Shown: positions 37,047 through 48,130, numbered from the whole stretch's first letter. The stretch: DNA of 63,817 nt, filler included, from Stramenopiles sp. TOSAG23-2 (GCA_900128395.1; 32 parts of 32 records of this genome joined end to end with filler, not necessarily neighbours in it); one strand, 5' to 3'. Made by a program: numbers and translations. Notes: generated from the sequence alone by a model not told the origin.

Positions 37047-37254
37047 AATCCAGCAAGTAATACTGCAATGATGTTCTGCAATGATGCTGCAATATTGTAA
37101 AAGATGGAATCCAGCAATTAATACTGCAATGATGCTCTGCAATGATGCTGCAATATTGTAAAAGATGGAATCCAGCAATTAATACTGCAATGATGCTCTG
37201 CAATGATGCTGCAATATTGTAAAAGACGGAATCCAGCAATTAATACTGCAATGA
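37047..37254. repeat. 61-bp minisatellite, about 3.4 copies
   Basis: AATCCAGCAATTAATACTGCAATGATGCTCTGCAATGATGCTGCAATATTGTAAAAGATGG starts at 37047, 37108, 37169 and 37230. Confidence 0.9.
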
Positions 37255-37255
37255 G

Positions 37256-37435
37256 GCCAGATAGCAAGCCAGATAGCAAGCCAGATAGCAAGCCAGATAG
37301 CAAGCCAGATAGCAAGCCAGATAGCAAGCCAGATAGCAAGCCAGATAGCAAGCCAGATAGCAAGCCAGATAGCAAGCCAGATAGCAAGCCAGATAGCAAG
37401 CCAGATAGCAAGCCAGATAGCAAGCCAGATAGCAA
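37256..37435. repeat. 12-bp tandem repeat (GCCAGATAGCAA)x15
   Basis: Perfect array read directly from the sequence. Confidence 0.95.
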
Positions 37436-38122
37436 GGCTATTATACTACCAAACAAAAGAAGTGAAAAGAAGAATTTCAAGCCTGCCCTAAGGCCTGCCC
37501 TAAGGCCTGGCAAGAATAAGAAAATGAATGAGTGGAGCAAAGAAGTATTTAGTGCCATGAAGTGCCAAACAAAGGCCAAGAAGGCAGCCGCCCAATAATA
37601 ATAACACGGCCATACCATAGAGAATATCTATATATATATATATCGATAGATAGATATATATCTGAAATAGAAATAGTTTCAATCATTATTATCATTACAT
37701 ATTGTATATATATATAAATTAGATATACAATATTATACAATACTTTCATCACATATAATATATATACAATATATACATACAGTAATTGTTTGTTTTTTTT
37801 TTTTTTTTAACAAAAACAACAACAAACCAAAATAATATAATAATAATATGGCATCATTTACTGCACAACCACCAACTAAAAGTGAAGATTGGGAGTCGAA
37901 TTTAAAACGTTTAAGGAAACTATTAAAATTAANNNNNNNNNNNNNNNNNNNNNNNNNNNNNNNNNNNNNNNNNNNNTTAATTAATTAANNNNNNNNNNNN
38001 NNNNNNNNNNNNNNNNNNNNNNNNNNNNNNNNGCAAAACATTTTCACTTGTTGGAATCATTTTGTTTTTCACAATTGTTGCTTCCGAGGGCAGATTAGGA
38101 AGACGTAATTTATTTACAAAAC

Positions 38123-38560
38123 ATGGTACTCCAATTCATACCCCCCCGTGGTGCAGATATGATGTGGGAGGATGAGGAAGACAATTCAGTTGGAAGAAGA
38201 TATATATATGATATGCACCATGATGATGGTCATAATATGGACGTCTATGATGATAATGTTGAAAGGAAAAACTATTGCTACATCTCCCCTCTAGCTCCAA
38301 ATTGCAAAGAAATTTTATATTGTACGGATAAAAACTTTAGAAACCTGATGCAACAAAATTTGAATACATGGAGAAACAAGAAACAAGAAAGATGGAAGAG
38401 AAGTTACCGACAGTGGGCAAAAGCCATTTTTAAAAACATATGCTCTGATTGTGGGGATGACATAGGTTGTTATAATCGTGTTATCCTCCCGTATCTTAAA
38501 TCGTTTCGTAAATTTTATCCTGATGAGGAAGAGGATGAAAATATTCGCTTTGACGAGTAA
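38123..38560 (+). CDS. Hypothetical protein, 145 aa
   Basis: Complete ORF with coding-like composition. Confidence 0.5.
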   Translation: MVLQFIPPRGADMMWEDEEDNSVGRRYIYDMHHDDGHNMDVYDDNVERKNYCYISPLAPNCKEILYCTDKNFRNLMQQNLNTWRNKKQERWKRSYRQWAKAIFKNICSDCGDDIGCYNRVILPYLKSFRKFYPDEEEDENIRFDE

Positions 38561-38741
38561 GCAAATTAAATATGATCGGTTTAATTCTGCCGGAAATAAT
38601 AATATATAAATTTTCACTACGTAGATTTTAATTTTATATATTCAAATCATTCACAATTTTAACACTCACTAATAAATGATGGTTAAAATCTAAGTTATAA
38701 TACTCACTAATATAATACACATTTTTTTATATTAGCACACA

Positions 38742-39698
38742 TTACATTTTACCATGGTTCGCTCCAATATCAAAGATAAATTCACCACCCTCCTTTCCAA
38801 AATCTTTTTTCACTAAACCACAACTTGGTTTTGCGAAATGTGTGCCGAATAAAATAGTATTTGTTCCAGCTAATGATCCAAGTAATGTTTTACGTGTTTG
38901 TGCACCAGCTGCTTCATCTGTATCAAAATTAGATGGCCTTGATGTTTTTTGTATTTGTAAAGGATGATGAATACAATCCCCAGTGATAACCCCACGTGCC
39001 CCATTGGATTCAATGACAACACTACAATGACCAGGTGTATGCCCTGGGGTGGATATTAAATATATACAACATTTATCACCTTCATTTGCTATGATATATG
39101 ACGAATCAATTAATTCATGCAAATTCGAATCAACAATTGGTTGTACACATTCTCCCATAATTGCTTGATCCGTTGTTGATTGTGAACCACCACCACTTGC
39201 AACAATCTCTTGCCAATGATTAAATTCTTCTTTATTAAAAAGATATTTTGCATTAGGAAACGTTGGGATAAATGTACCAGTATCTGGATCTTTCATCGTA
39301 TTCCATCCAACATGATCAACATGTAAATGTGTACACATAACATGTGAAATAGTTTCTGGAGAACAATCTACATGTTTTAACGTCTTTAAATAATTAGTTG
39401 ACAACATATTAAATGCAGCAGATTCACGATCTCTTTCATTACCAGCACATGTATCAACAATAATTTTTTTATTATCAGGTGTTACAATAATAAATGATTG
39501 TATTACTAAATAAACATGACCTTTTTCATTTGCAAATGTATTTACTATCCAAGGTGTATTAATACATGCATGTCTTAATTCACGCGCTTCCTCTTTTGAA
39601 TTTGCTTTTAACAAACCATGTGGTGGGAACACCATAGTAGTCTCTTCAATCCGATGTATGGTACATGCACCTAATGAATATGTTTGCAAAGGTTGCAT
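38742..39698 (-). CDS. Metallo-beta-lactamase-fold hydrolase (bacterial AHL-lactonase/OPHC2-like group)
   Basis: IVDTC, THLHVDHVGWNT, PTFPNAKY, TPGHTPGH, TGDCIHHP, GTHF. Confidence 0.9.
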   Translation of the reverse strand: MQPLQTYSLGACTIHRIEETTMVFPPHGLLKANSKEEARELRHACINTPWIVNTFANEKGHVYLVIQSFIIVTPDNKKIIVDTCAGNERDRESAAFNMLSTNYLKTLKHVDCSPETISHVMCTHLHVDHVGWNTMKDPDTGTFIPTFPNAKYLFNKEEFNHWQEIVASGGGSQSTTDQAIMGECVQPIVDSNLHELIDSSYIIANEGDKCCIYLISTPGHTPGHCSVVIESNGARGVITGDCIHHPLQIQKTSRPSNFDTDEAAGAQTRKTLLGSLAGTNTILFGTHFAKPSCGLVKKDFGKEGGEFIFDIGANHGKM

Positions 39699-40041
39699 TT
39701 TCTTTCCTTCTGATGGAATATTATAAATGAATTAAATTAAAATATATTATATATAGTATGAATGTTAAAATACTTTATACCGTGTGGTTTCCTATAGTAT
39801 TATTTTTTTCTTTGTCAAATTAAAGACGATAGATGTAAGAATATGATCGTTTCCCATTACACCCTTGATATATATTCTTATTTTCCACTATCGTTTCTAT
39901 CTAGAAGATATGTAGAGCCTCCGTCCANNNNNNNNNNNNNNNNNNNNNNNNNNNNNNNNNNNNNNNNNNNNTTAATTAATTAANNNNNNNNNNNNNNNNN
40001 NNNNNNNNNNNNNNNNNNNNNNNNNNNCTGCTGGAAGGCCA

Positions 40042-41022
40042 ATGGTATTGACTTGGTTATTTACGCACAAGGTAAAAATCCGTTTGAATCGTGATCGCAC
40101 GCTAATGGTTGATGGTGCAAAAAATGATAGACTTCTATTATCTATGTTTGGGGAGTCTCAAGTAAATGCAAAAATGGATGCACTGGTTGCAGGATTTCTA
40201 AGTATTCCGTATCCAACTATGGTATGGAAAGATGTTTGCAAGGTAGTTGTGGTAATTGGAATTATAGCTATACTAACTTTAATTAATCCAATTATGCTTT
40301 TGTTCATTTTTTCATGTTGTTTAGTCCGTGGTGTCTGTGCTTGTTTAGGCTGTTGCCCAGAGGACAGTGTTCTTCCACACACCAAGTCACGCAAAGCAAT
40401 AAATAGAATGATGAGGAAACAAGATCAATTACTGGAAAAAGAACTCGGTGATTGGAAACGGGGACACATCAGTGTGGAGAATGATATTACAATTGTCACG
40501 GAGATATATATGGTTACTGAGGGAGGGAACAGCATGACCAACGAGAGTCCAAGAGAAGTGGCCAAGTGTAGGTATTATTTAGAAGGTGAGATAATTTTAG
40601 GCTTTAAAAAAGGGTGGCAAGATAATAATAATGAGTCCGAAGTGCTTGCACGGAAAACCACCACAGCCGACTCAGCAGCGTTAGACAAAGTCACTGCGAG
40701 TCCTGCAGACTTTGCATTGATGCTCTCCGGTCATCATGATCACCCGGCGTGCAATGGCAAGTACCTTTTTGTGGGCATGGAGAATGGCAAGACCAAATGG
40801 GAAAAAGCAGGAGACTCCAGCATCAAAGTCTTTTGGACGGGTCATTCTTGGGACTGCTTTTGGGGGGGCTATTCCCCGGAAGCATGGGTGAACACGCCAG
40901 TGCCCCCTCTTACCGGCTACGATTTTGACAAACGCAGCACTGAAATTGTCGTCAAGTATGAGTACTTGAAGGCCAACAACATGAACAACCACGACAACCC
41001 CACAAACAGTTGCTACAACTAA
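40042..41022 (+). CDS. Hypothetical membrane protein with a GC-richer C-terminal beta-type module; possibly 5' partial
   Basis: TM segment plus Cys cluster; C-terminal CNGKY..G..NGKTKWEK..W..W..PPLTG module. Confidence 0.6.
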   Translation: MVLTWLFTHKVKIRLNRDRTLMVDGAKNDRLLLSMFGESQVNAKMDALVAGFLSIPYPTMVWKDVCKVVVVIGIIAILTLINPIMLLFIFSCCLVRGVCACLGCCPEDSVLPHTKSRKAINRMMRKQDQLLEKELGDWKRGHISVENDITIVTEIYMVTEGGNSMTNESPREVAKCRYYLEGEIILGFKKGWQDNNNESEVLARKTTTADSAALDKVTASPADFALMLSGHHDHPACNGKYLFVGMENGKTKWEKAGDSSIKVFWTGHSWDCFWGGYSPEAWVNTPVPPLTGYDFDKRSTEIVVKYEYLKANNMNNHDNPTNSCYN

Positions 41023-41655
41023 CGAAACAAACGTTATTGATAACGAATTAAGTGCTGGTATTCCTTCAAAACGATACTGTGAAATGCCGTCAGTAGCAGT
41101 TGTTTTGGCAACGATGTGGATGTTCATACATTAGAGAGAAGATGAATAGTGTTTATAAAAACAATAAAAAAACAAATTTTAAATTATTGTATATATATAT
41201 ATTTATGCTCCGCTTATAAGTACATTACCATCTTTCATAGTCATCACATTTTTTCACATTCTGCCCACAAAAACAAGTCATATTTACCATTTTTCTGTAA
41301 AGTTCTTCCTCTAGTTTGTCTCCAAACTACTGGATTATTACTGTCAATCGCCGTGCCAACAATAGTAGTCCAATTAGGTTCATTTTGACTATTATAATAC
41401 CTTTAGTTGCTTTACTGGCTAGCTAGCCACAGCTGCACAGCCCACAGCCCCCACCAGCCCACAGCTATAGCTCTAGCGGCTAGCTACTAGCTACTAGCTA
41501 GCTAGCTCTAGCTCTAGTCCACAGTAGAGCACATCAGTCCAGCAGTGATCAGTGCCACATCAGGAGGATGATGAGTTTATACTATAAGCTCCCCCGGTTT
41601 TGACGTTTCTCTTCCATTTTCGGCGTCAACTTTCGTACTATTGATACAGCAGGCG

Positions 41656-41729
41656 TACTCAGGAAACCCCGCTATGCTATTCGTATATACAGTATGGCAG
41701 CTGTCGCTGCCATACTGTATATACTCAGG
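41656..41729. repeat. Interspersed repeat containing a perfect 19-bp-stem palindrome (second copy at about 52430-52497, opposite orientation)
   Basis: GTATATACAGTATGGCAGC-TGTC-GCTGCCATACTGTATATAC at 41683-41724, preceded by TCAGGAAACCCCGCTATGCTATTCG. Confidence 0.85.
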
Positions 41730-42638
41730 TAATGAATGGCACTATGCTTGAGTATTTTTTTTTTCAGATCGAAAAAATATCGACATACAAATTCCAAAAA
41801 TGACATCACTGATTTTAGTAAAATTTTGAATGGAAAATATCTTTTCAAAACTATATATATTACTATTTAAATGACTAAAACGACAAATAACTTGAAAAAT
41901 TAAATTATTTAATATGATAATANNNNNNNNNNNNNNNNNNNNNNNNNNNNNNNNNNNNNNNNNNNNTTAATTAATTAANNNNNNNNNNNNNNNNNNNNNN
42001 NNNNNNNNNNNNNNNNNNNNNNATCTTTGAAGGATTAGGTGATTCACACATGTCACATTATATTATATTGATTATTAATTAGCCATTTTTTTTTAATTTT
42101 TAAAATCCTCTCATTCATTTTAATAATCAAGATTTAATTTTTGGACCGAAGCCAATCTGATTATTAGCTTATTATACCTGGTACAATACCTGGTATAGTA
42201 GTATTATAGTAGTCGTAGTACCTGGTACTCTATTAAAACTAGTTGAACATCACACGTGCACACTGCACACCTACTATAGATCTACCAGGTATTTACAGTG
42301 TAACGTGGACGTGGACACATATCTTGCTATTAAACACATTCCAATACATTGGCCACATTATATACAGAGTAATACATTTATATTTGACTAAGTCCTACCT
42401 ACAAACGAAAAATATATCCACACCAGAGATACATCGAGGAAAGGAATATAGACGTACATCATATTAACTTAATATTATGGTGTGACGATGGTGGATGTGT
42501 AAAAGGGGACAAAAGATGGATTGATTTTTAGATGCAACATCGAAAAGCAAAATCGTCAAAAAAAGTACGAGAGTAATATTGGAATAAAATAACGCACACA
42601 CACGTGCTGATACTGTTAAAGGAACAAAAGAGGAACGA

Positions 42639-43259
42639 ATGTCTGAAAAAGTAGCATTAGCACAGCAACGAGAAGAGGAACGTAAGGAAAGAATAAGAAG
42701 AAAAAAGGAACAAGTATTATTAGAAAAAATGGCTAAAGCGGCTGTGTATGATGACGATGAAGAAGAAAGTGATTATGATTCCGAAGCGGAAGACAATCGT
42801 ATTGGAGACGAAGAACCAGATGATGATGATGAAATTGTGTGGCATGTAGGCAAACAAATACGCCTTGGAGACTTAAAAGCTCTTAAAAAAAAAGAAGCAG
42901 AGGAAAACCAATTGCTTCAAACGAAGAAAAAATCAGTTATCATGGAAACATTAGAGGAAATAAATCCAATAACAAGTACCAAAGTAGCAGTCTACTCAAC
43001 TATGCGTGATAATTTAGATAGGGAAACAAAAGCAGGAAAATGGATAGAATATATATTCGGTACAGATATTACAGACAGTGTCCAATCAACTGATAAGAGA
43101 ACATTATTGAGTGGGGGTATTCAGTGGAAAAAATCTCTTTATCAAGAATACGAGGAAAAAGCCGATGAAATAGAAAAACACAAACAAAAAAAATTAAAGA
43201 AACAACGAAGGGCAGCGAAGAAACAACAAGCATTGAAGGAGCATGAGGAAAGTGGGTGA
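42639..43259 (+). CDS. Hypothetical charged (E/K/D-rich) protein
   Basis: Complete 206-aa ORF. Confidence 0.7.
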   Translation: MSEKVALAQQREEERKERIRRKKEQVLLEKMAKAAVYDDDEEESDYDSEAEDNRIGDEEPDDDDEIVWHVGKQIRLGDLKALKKKEAEENQLLQTKKKSVIMETLEEINPITSTKVAVYSTMRDNLDRETKAGKWIEYIFGTDITDSVQSTDKRTLLSGGIQWKKSLYQEYEEKADEIEKHKQKKLKKQRRAAKKQQALKEHEESG

Positions 43260-43658
43260 AGTTTTTATTTGCGTACGTTCACAATTTAATATAATTTTGG
43301 TACGACGACACTATCTACTGTGAATTAAGTTTTGTGTAATTCGAGGTCTGTATTTTTATAAACTTCTTTTTTTAAAAAAGCACGAGACGTCAGTTTGTGT
43401 GTCTGTGCATATGTGTGTAAAATACGAATCGTATGATATGGATTTTAATTTTTAATTTTATCATATTATACTATCCTCACTATGAGATATGATACGGGAG
43501 TGTCAGTGGATTTTATTTTAATATTACGTATTTAGCTAGTCGCACAGTCTATGATCTACGTGGCATTTTCTTAGCTTAATTTTATAATCTTAACTCAACA
43601 AGTGATATATATCATTTAATATTATAAATTAATCTTTTTTTTCTTTTTACTTTTTTTT

Positions 43659-43916
43659 CTAAAAATCTTTCTTCCTTCCATCAACAACTTTTGCCCCACC
43701 ACTAATAGTTGCATCATCTTTTCTATTAATTAATCTTAAGCATGTGCCAACAGGAATGGATAGACTACCAATACCAATATTCGTTAACCACTGATTACGA
43801 CTCAATGGTGTAGTTTGACACCAATCGCCACCATAATTAACCATCAATATTTGACCAATAATAATAATCAATATAATATAATGTGACATGTGTGAATCAC
43901 CTAATCCTTCAAAGAT
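43659..43916 (-). CDS. C-terminal fragment of a P-type Ca2+-ATPase (PMCA/type IIB-like)
   Basis: IFEGL..IIIIGQILMVNYGG...TTPLS..QWL..IGIGSLSIPVG..LRLI matches the last TM helices of PMCA. Confidence 0.75.
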   Translation of the reverse strand: MFEGLGDSHMSHYIILIIIIGQILMVNYGGDWCQTTPLSRNQWLTNIGIGSLSIPVGTCLRLINRKDDATISGGAKVVDGRKKDF

Positions 43917-44142
43917 NNNNNNNNNNNNNNNNNNNNNNNNNNNNNNNNNNNNNNNNNNNNTTAATTAATTAANNNNNNNNNNNNNNNNNNNNNNNNNNNN
44001 NNNNNNNNNNNNNNNNGTTTTAGTCTATATTAGGTGATAATAATAATAATACTAATAAACTTATACGAACAACACACTCTCGCATCGATAAATATAAAAA
44101 AAATAAATAAAAACACCAAACAAAGTCAATATAGCATCAAAA

Positions 44143-44883
44143 ATGGAACAATTAACTGTAAGTGAAGTTGTTGAACAGAGAAAGTTTAAAGAAATAAAAA
44201 AACTTTTAGATTTAAACTTGGAAACACAATTATTACAAAAATATCAATACATTAATGTCCATGATATTGATCGGACAAATATTGCAGACATAAAATTATT
44301 ATTGGATCTTCATGTGAAAAGGTATAATATTCACAATCGTTTTTCTATGTCTTCTACTTTAGTGCGAGGTAGGAAAACCGCAAATGATATTTTTATAACT
44401 CCATTGGAAGTTGCAAAATTACATATTGATATTGTAGATAAACACACAGGAAGAAATAAAAAATTAGTGTGGTATGATCCATTTTGTGCAACTGGTAGAT
44501 ATTATAACAACTTTCCGCAACATGTTAAAAAATACTGGAGTGAAATAACTGATGGAAAAGACTTTTTTTATTTTAATAAAAAGGTAGATATTATATGTAG
44601 CAATCCACCATATTCCATATTAAAGGATGTAATTAATAAGGCAATTGAACTGAGGCCTAATATAATTAGTTTTTTAATTCATCATCATAATTTTTCGCAT
44701 CAGAGAATATCCACGTTTAATGAAAGTGGTTATGAATTAATTCACTTGCACATGTTAAAAATACGTCCATGGTACGCTAACAGCTACATAATTGTTTTTG
44801 CGAAGGTGGAGAATGAAGAAGCTGGAACAAGACAAGCTGACTGGATTAGATTTGGATATACACCAAGAGATTTTAAAGTTTAA
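44143..44883 (+). CDS. Phage/virus-type DNA amino-methyltransferase (probably N6-adenine)
   Basis: DIFITP, motif I WYDPFCATG, DFF, motif IV DIICSNPPYS. Confidence 0.75.
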   Translation: MEQLTVSEVVEQRKFKEIKKLLDLNLETQLLQKYQYINVHDIDRTNIADIKLLLDLHVKRYNIHNRFSMSSTLVRGRKTANDIFITPLEVAKLHIDIVDKHTGRNKKLVWYDPFCATGRYYNNFPQHVKKYWSEITDGKDFFYFNKKVDIICSNPPYSILKDVINKAIELRPNIISFLIHHHNFSHQRISTFNESGYELIHLHMLKIRPWYANSYIIVFAKVENEEAGTRQADWIRFGYTPRDFKV

Positions 44884-44889
44884 ATTAAT

Positions 44890-45831
44890 TTAATTTTTTA
44901 TATACACTAACAATGTCTGATGAACCTTCATGCTATATCCAAACCTTTTTGTTTGGCCTATTAATTTTTGAATCGGTGTTATCTTTTTTGATGATAAAAT
45001 AACTTTATCAAACGCAGTTAAACCCAACTCTAAAAATATTCTCTCAGTTTCATATGTTAAGTTGTAAAAAATATGATTTCTTCTAAAATTACCAACTACA
45101 ACACAATATTTTGTTCCTTTTTTACCTTTTCTAACAACTCTTTTCCAAATTTGTTTGTATTTTATTAAAAAATCTTCCCATGCTTTAATGTGACTTAGGC
45201 CATTTCCAGCATATTTTTCCAAGTTCCAGTATGGAGGACATGTGATCAATCCGTCGTGTTTGGGAATTTTCTTTATACTACTATCTCCATAAATGTTATA
45301 AACACCAAAATGATTTAAAGCAAATGTAATTGCTTGGTTGGAACAATCAAATCCAATATATTTCTTGTTTTTTTCAATAGCAACTTTATGTCGCTCTCCC
45401 CAACCAGCAAACGGATCAAATATAACAGTTGCATCACGTAAATAAAATTCTATTATAAACATGGCCACGTCTAATGGAAAAGGACTAAACGACGCTCGTG
45501 AAGATTTGGTATAATCTCTTTCTCTAACTTGATTTATATTGCTTTTATTCACATCAAACACAGAAATAGGTAAATGTTTGTATGATTGATAATTATAAAC
45601 ACTAAAAAAACGTGTTGGTTTAAAATTTATCATCATGTCTAAATAGTTTTTTACTTCACTTATAGAATTCCTACTTTTAATGATATCATGCACATTTAAA
45701 TTTTCTATTTCATCATTGTCCATACGCACCAGTTCTCTTTGTAAATATACTTTTAATTCATTAATTTTGTTTTGTTCAATTACCTCTTGAACATACAAAT
45801 CTCTTAAATTATCCATATTTTTTGTTGTCAT
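44890..45831 (-). CDS. Phage/virus-type DNA amino-methyltransferase (N4-cytosine or N6-adenine)
   Basis: FSPFP..IIEFYL, motif I IFDPFAGWGER, YIGFD, motif IV LITCPPYWNLEKY, CVVVGNFR, K.HQ.LLV. Confidence 0.82.
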   Translation of the reverse strand: MTTKNMDNLRDLYVQEVIEQNKINELKVYLQRELVRMDNDEIENLNVHDIIKSRNSISEVKNYLDMMINFKPTRFFSVYNYQSYKHLPISVFDVNKSNINQVRERDYTKSSRASFSPFPLDVAMFIIEFYLRDATVIFDPFAGWGERHKVAIEKNKKYIGFDCSNQAITFALNHFGVYNIYGDSSIKKIPKHDGLITCPPYWNLEKYAGNGLSHIKAWEDFLIKYKQIWKRVVRKGKKGTKYCVVVGNFRRNHIFYNLTYETERIFLELGLTAFDKVILSSKKITPIQKLIGQTKRFGYSMKVHQTLLVYIKN

Positions 45832-46317
45832 AGCATCAAATTATTTGTTTATTTTCGTATTTTTCTATATATTTGGTGTCTTTTGATAATATCAAACATA
45901 TATATATAATNNNNNNNNNNNNNNNNNNNNNNNNNNNNNNNNNNNNNNNNNNNNTTAATTAATTAANNNNNNNNNNNNNNNNNNNNNNNNNNNNNNNNNN
46001 NNNNNNNNNNAATAATGTCAAATTCATATACCTTAACTTTGGTTTAACATATACACAGCATTGTGGTTTTTATAAATACAAGAACCAGGGAGAACACACG
46101 ATGCACAAACAACCATCACAGAAAAAGAAAAAGTGAGATGATGAAAAAAAAGTCGAAGCCTTATATGTGCCCTTCTTTCTTCTTTCCGTACAAAATATAC
46201 CTGGTATAACATTTCTCACTTTGCATATCTCTCTGGAACACAATCCTTATATCAATATATATATATACAATATACAACATGACCAATTAGATAAATTAAA
46301 ACTTCATCGATCATACA

Positions 46318-47417
46318 ATGTTTAAATTCAAATTTAATCGATTATCATCTCTATTAAGAAACAATAATAAATCAAAAAGTAACCATCAACTTTATACGAA
46401 AATTAAATGTAAAAATAATAATAATAATAGATTTTATCATTCAGGCCATCGTCAACAATATAATCATTATAATAAAAATATCTATTAAGAAACAATAATA
46501 AATCAAAAAGTAACCATCAACTTTATACGAAAATTAAATGTAAAAATAATAATAATAATAGATTTTATCATTCAGGCCATCGTCAACAATATAATCATTA
46601 TAATAAAAATAATTTATTACGAGATGGTATTTTCACTGTTGGTGTTGGATTAACTTCATTTGCACTTGCAGCTGTTGTAAAAAGTGAAAAATTGGATAAT
46701 ACTACAAATAAATTGTGGAGACGATTTTATAATTTTTGTAATAATAATAATTTGCAAGAGTATTTTAAACCGATTTATGACAATACAACAGTTACAAATT
46801 CAATATTAGCTTCACACGTCGCAATATTTGGTATGCATCAAATCCCAACGTTTCATGGTGTCATGAAACATAATTTTATGTCTTCTATTTACAATGTACA
46901 TTCTCGTGCACTTTTGTTATCTACATTTTCACATGCAACATTACCACATTTAGCATTGAATTCAATCGCATTGTATAGTTTTGGTCCAATATTACTTTCA
47001 CGATTGAATTATTCACATGAAGATTTATTAGCATTATATGTTACCGCAGGTACATTTTCTAGTTTTGGTGCAAATGTTTACAATACCATACGTAAACCTA
47101 TTCATATGGGAATGCCAGGTTTAGGTGCATCTGGTGCATTACTTGCATGTGCAGCTATTTTGAGTCAAGATGATAATATAGCATTTAGTATTATTTTTTT
47201 ACCAATGATATCAATGAGTGGTAAACAAGTTGTTGCTTTAATATCTGCAGTTGATGTTGTTGGATTAATAAAGGGATGGACGACGATTGGGCATGCTGCA
47301 CATTTATCTGGAACATTATTTGGCTTATGGTTTGCATATAGTAATGGACGTGATTTGATCAGTAAATATGAAAATTTTATTTTCCGTGAATATAGAAAGA
47401 TGCGTAATCGACGATAA
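46318..47417 (+). CDS. Mitochondrial rhomboid protease (PARL/Pcp1-like); frame broken by a 131-bp duplication artefact
   Basis: STFSH..HLALN, LGASGA (catalytic Ser) and GHAAHLSG (catalytic His). The basic N-terminus from ATG 46318 resembles a mitochondrial presequence. Confidence 0.85.
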
Positions 47418-48130
47418 TATATAATATGAAAATTTCATTTTCCGTGAATATAGAAAGATGCGTAATCGACGATAATATGTAAAAAAGAATATATAAAAGT
47501 TATGTGTATCTAGAGAGAGAGAGAGAAATTTTATATTAATAATTTTATTAAATCGTAGATTTAACAAAATATTTTATTATTAATAATAATAATTAATATA
47601 TATATAATAATACCAGGATTATACTAAAATTCTTATTATTTTAAAAAATATATTTATTGGAAACAAAAATATCCATTATATATCTTAAAAATATATATGG
47701 AAGTAAACATTCCTTTCATAATTTTAAAATATAGATGTTTCATATTATTCTTATATTATTGTTATTAACAAATATTATTGAACAATAGGATAAAAACATG
47801 ATACAAACAAAACAAATACCTTCTTATTGGTGTTGGAATGCAATGACGATATTATTATTATTATTAATGAATGTAACCATTGTAAATGGCAAAATTGATG
47901 CAAANNNNNNNNNNNNNNNNNNNNNNNNNNNNNNNNNNNNNNNNNNNNTTAATTAATTAANNNNNNNNNNNNNNNNNNNNNNNNNNNNNNNNNNNNNNNN
48001 NNNNAAAAGAAATTTATATAATATATGAGTAAGAGAACATTTTATATATATATATATATACTTCGTACTGTATATTATGCATATTATTATCAAATTTTTT
48101 ATAATATTTTTTATTTTTTAGTCCTGCTGT

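Noticed and set aside
37118-37618. (SGLL)n and (PDSK)n ORFs as real proteins
   Set aside because: The frames stay open simply because the 12-bp unit has no stop in them; there is no other coding evidence.
42023-42080. Terminal inverted repeat of a linear element or transposon
   Set aside because: The ~55-bp repeat is an exact inverted piece of the Ca2+-ATPase coding sequence at 43861-43916, consistent with an amplification chimera or k-mer overlap.
44879-44894. Mimivirus-type polyadenylation hairpin between the methyltransferase genes
   Set aside because: The arms are only 7 bp and entirely A/T, which is too weak to call.
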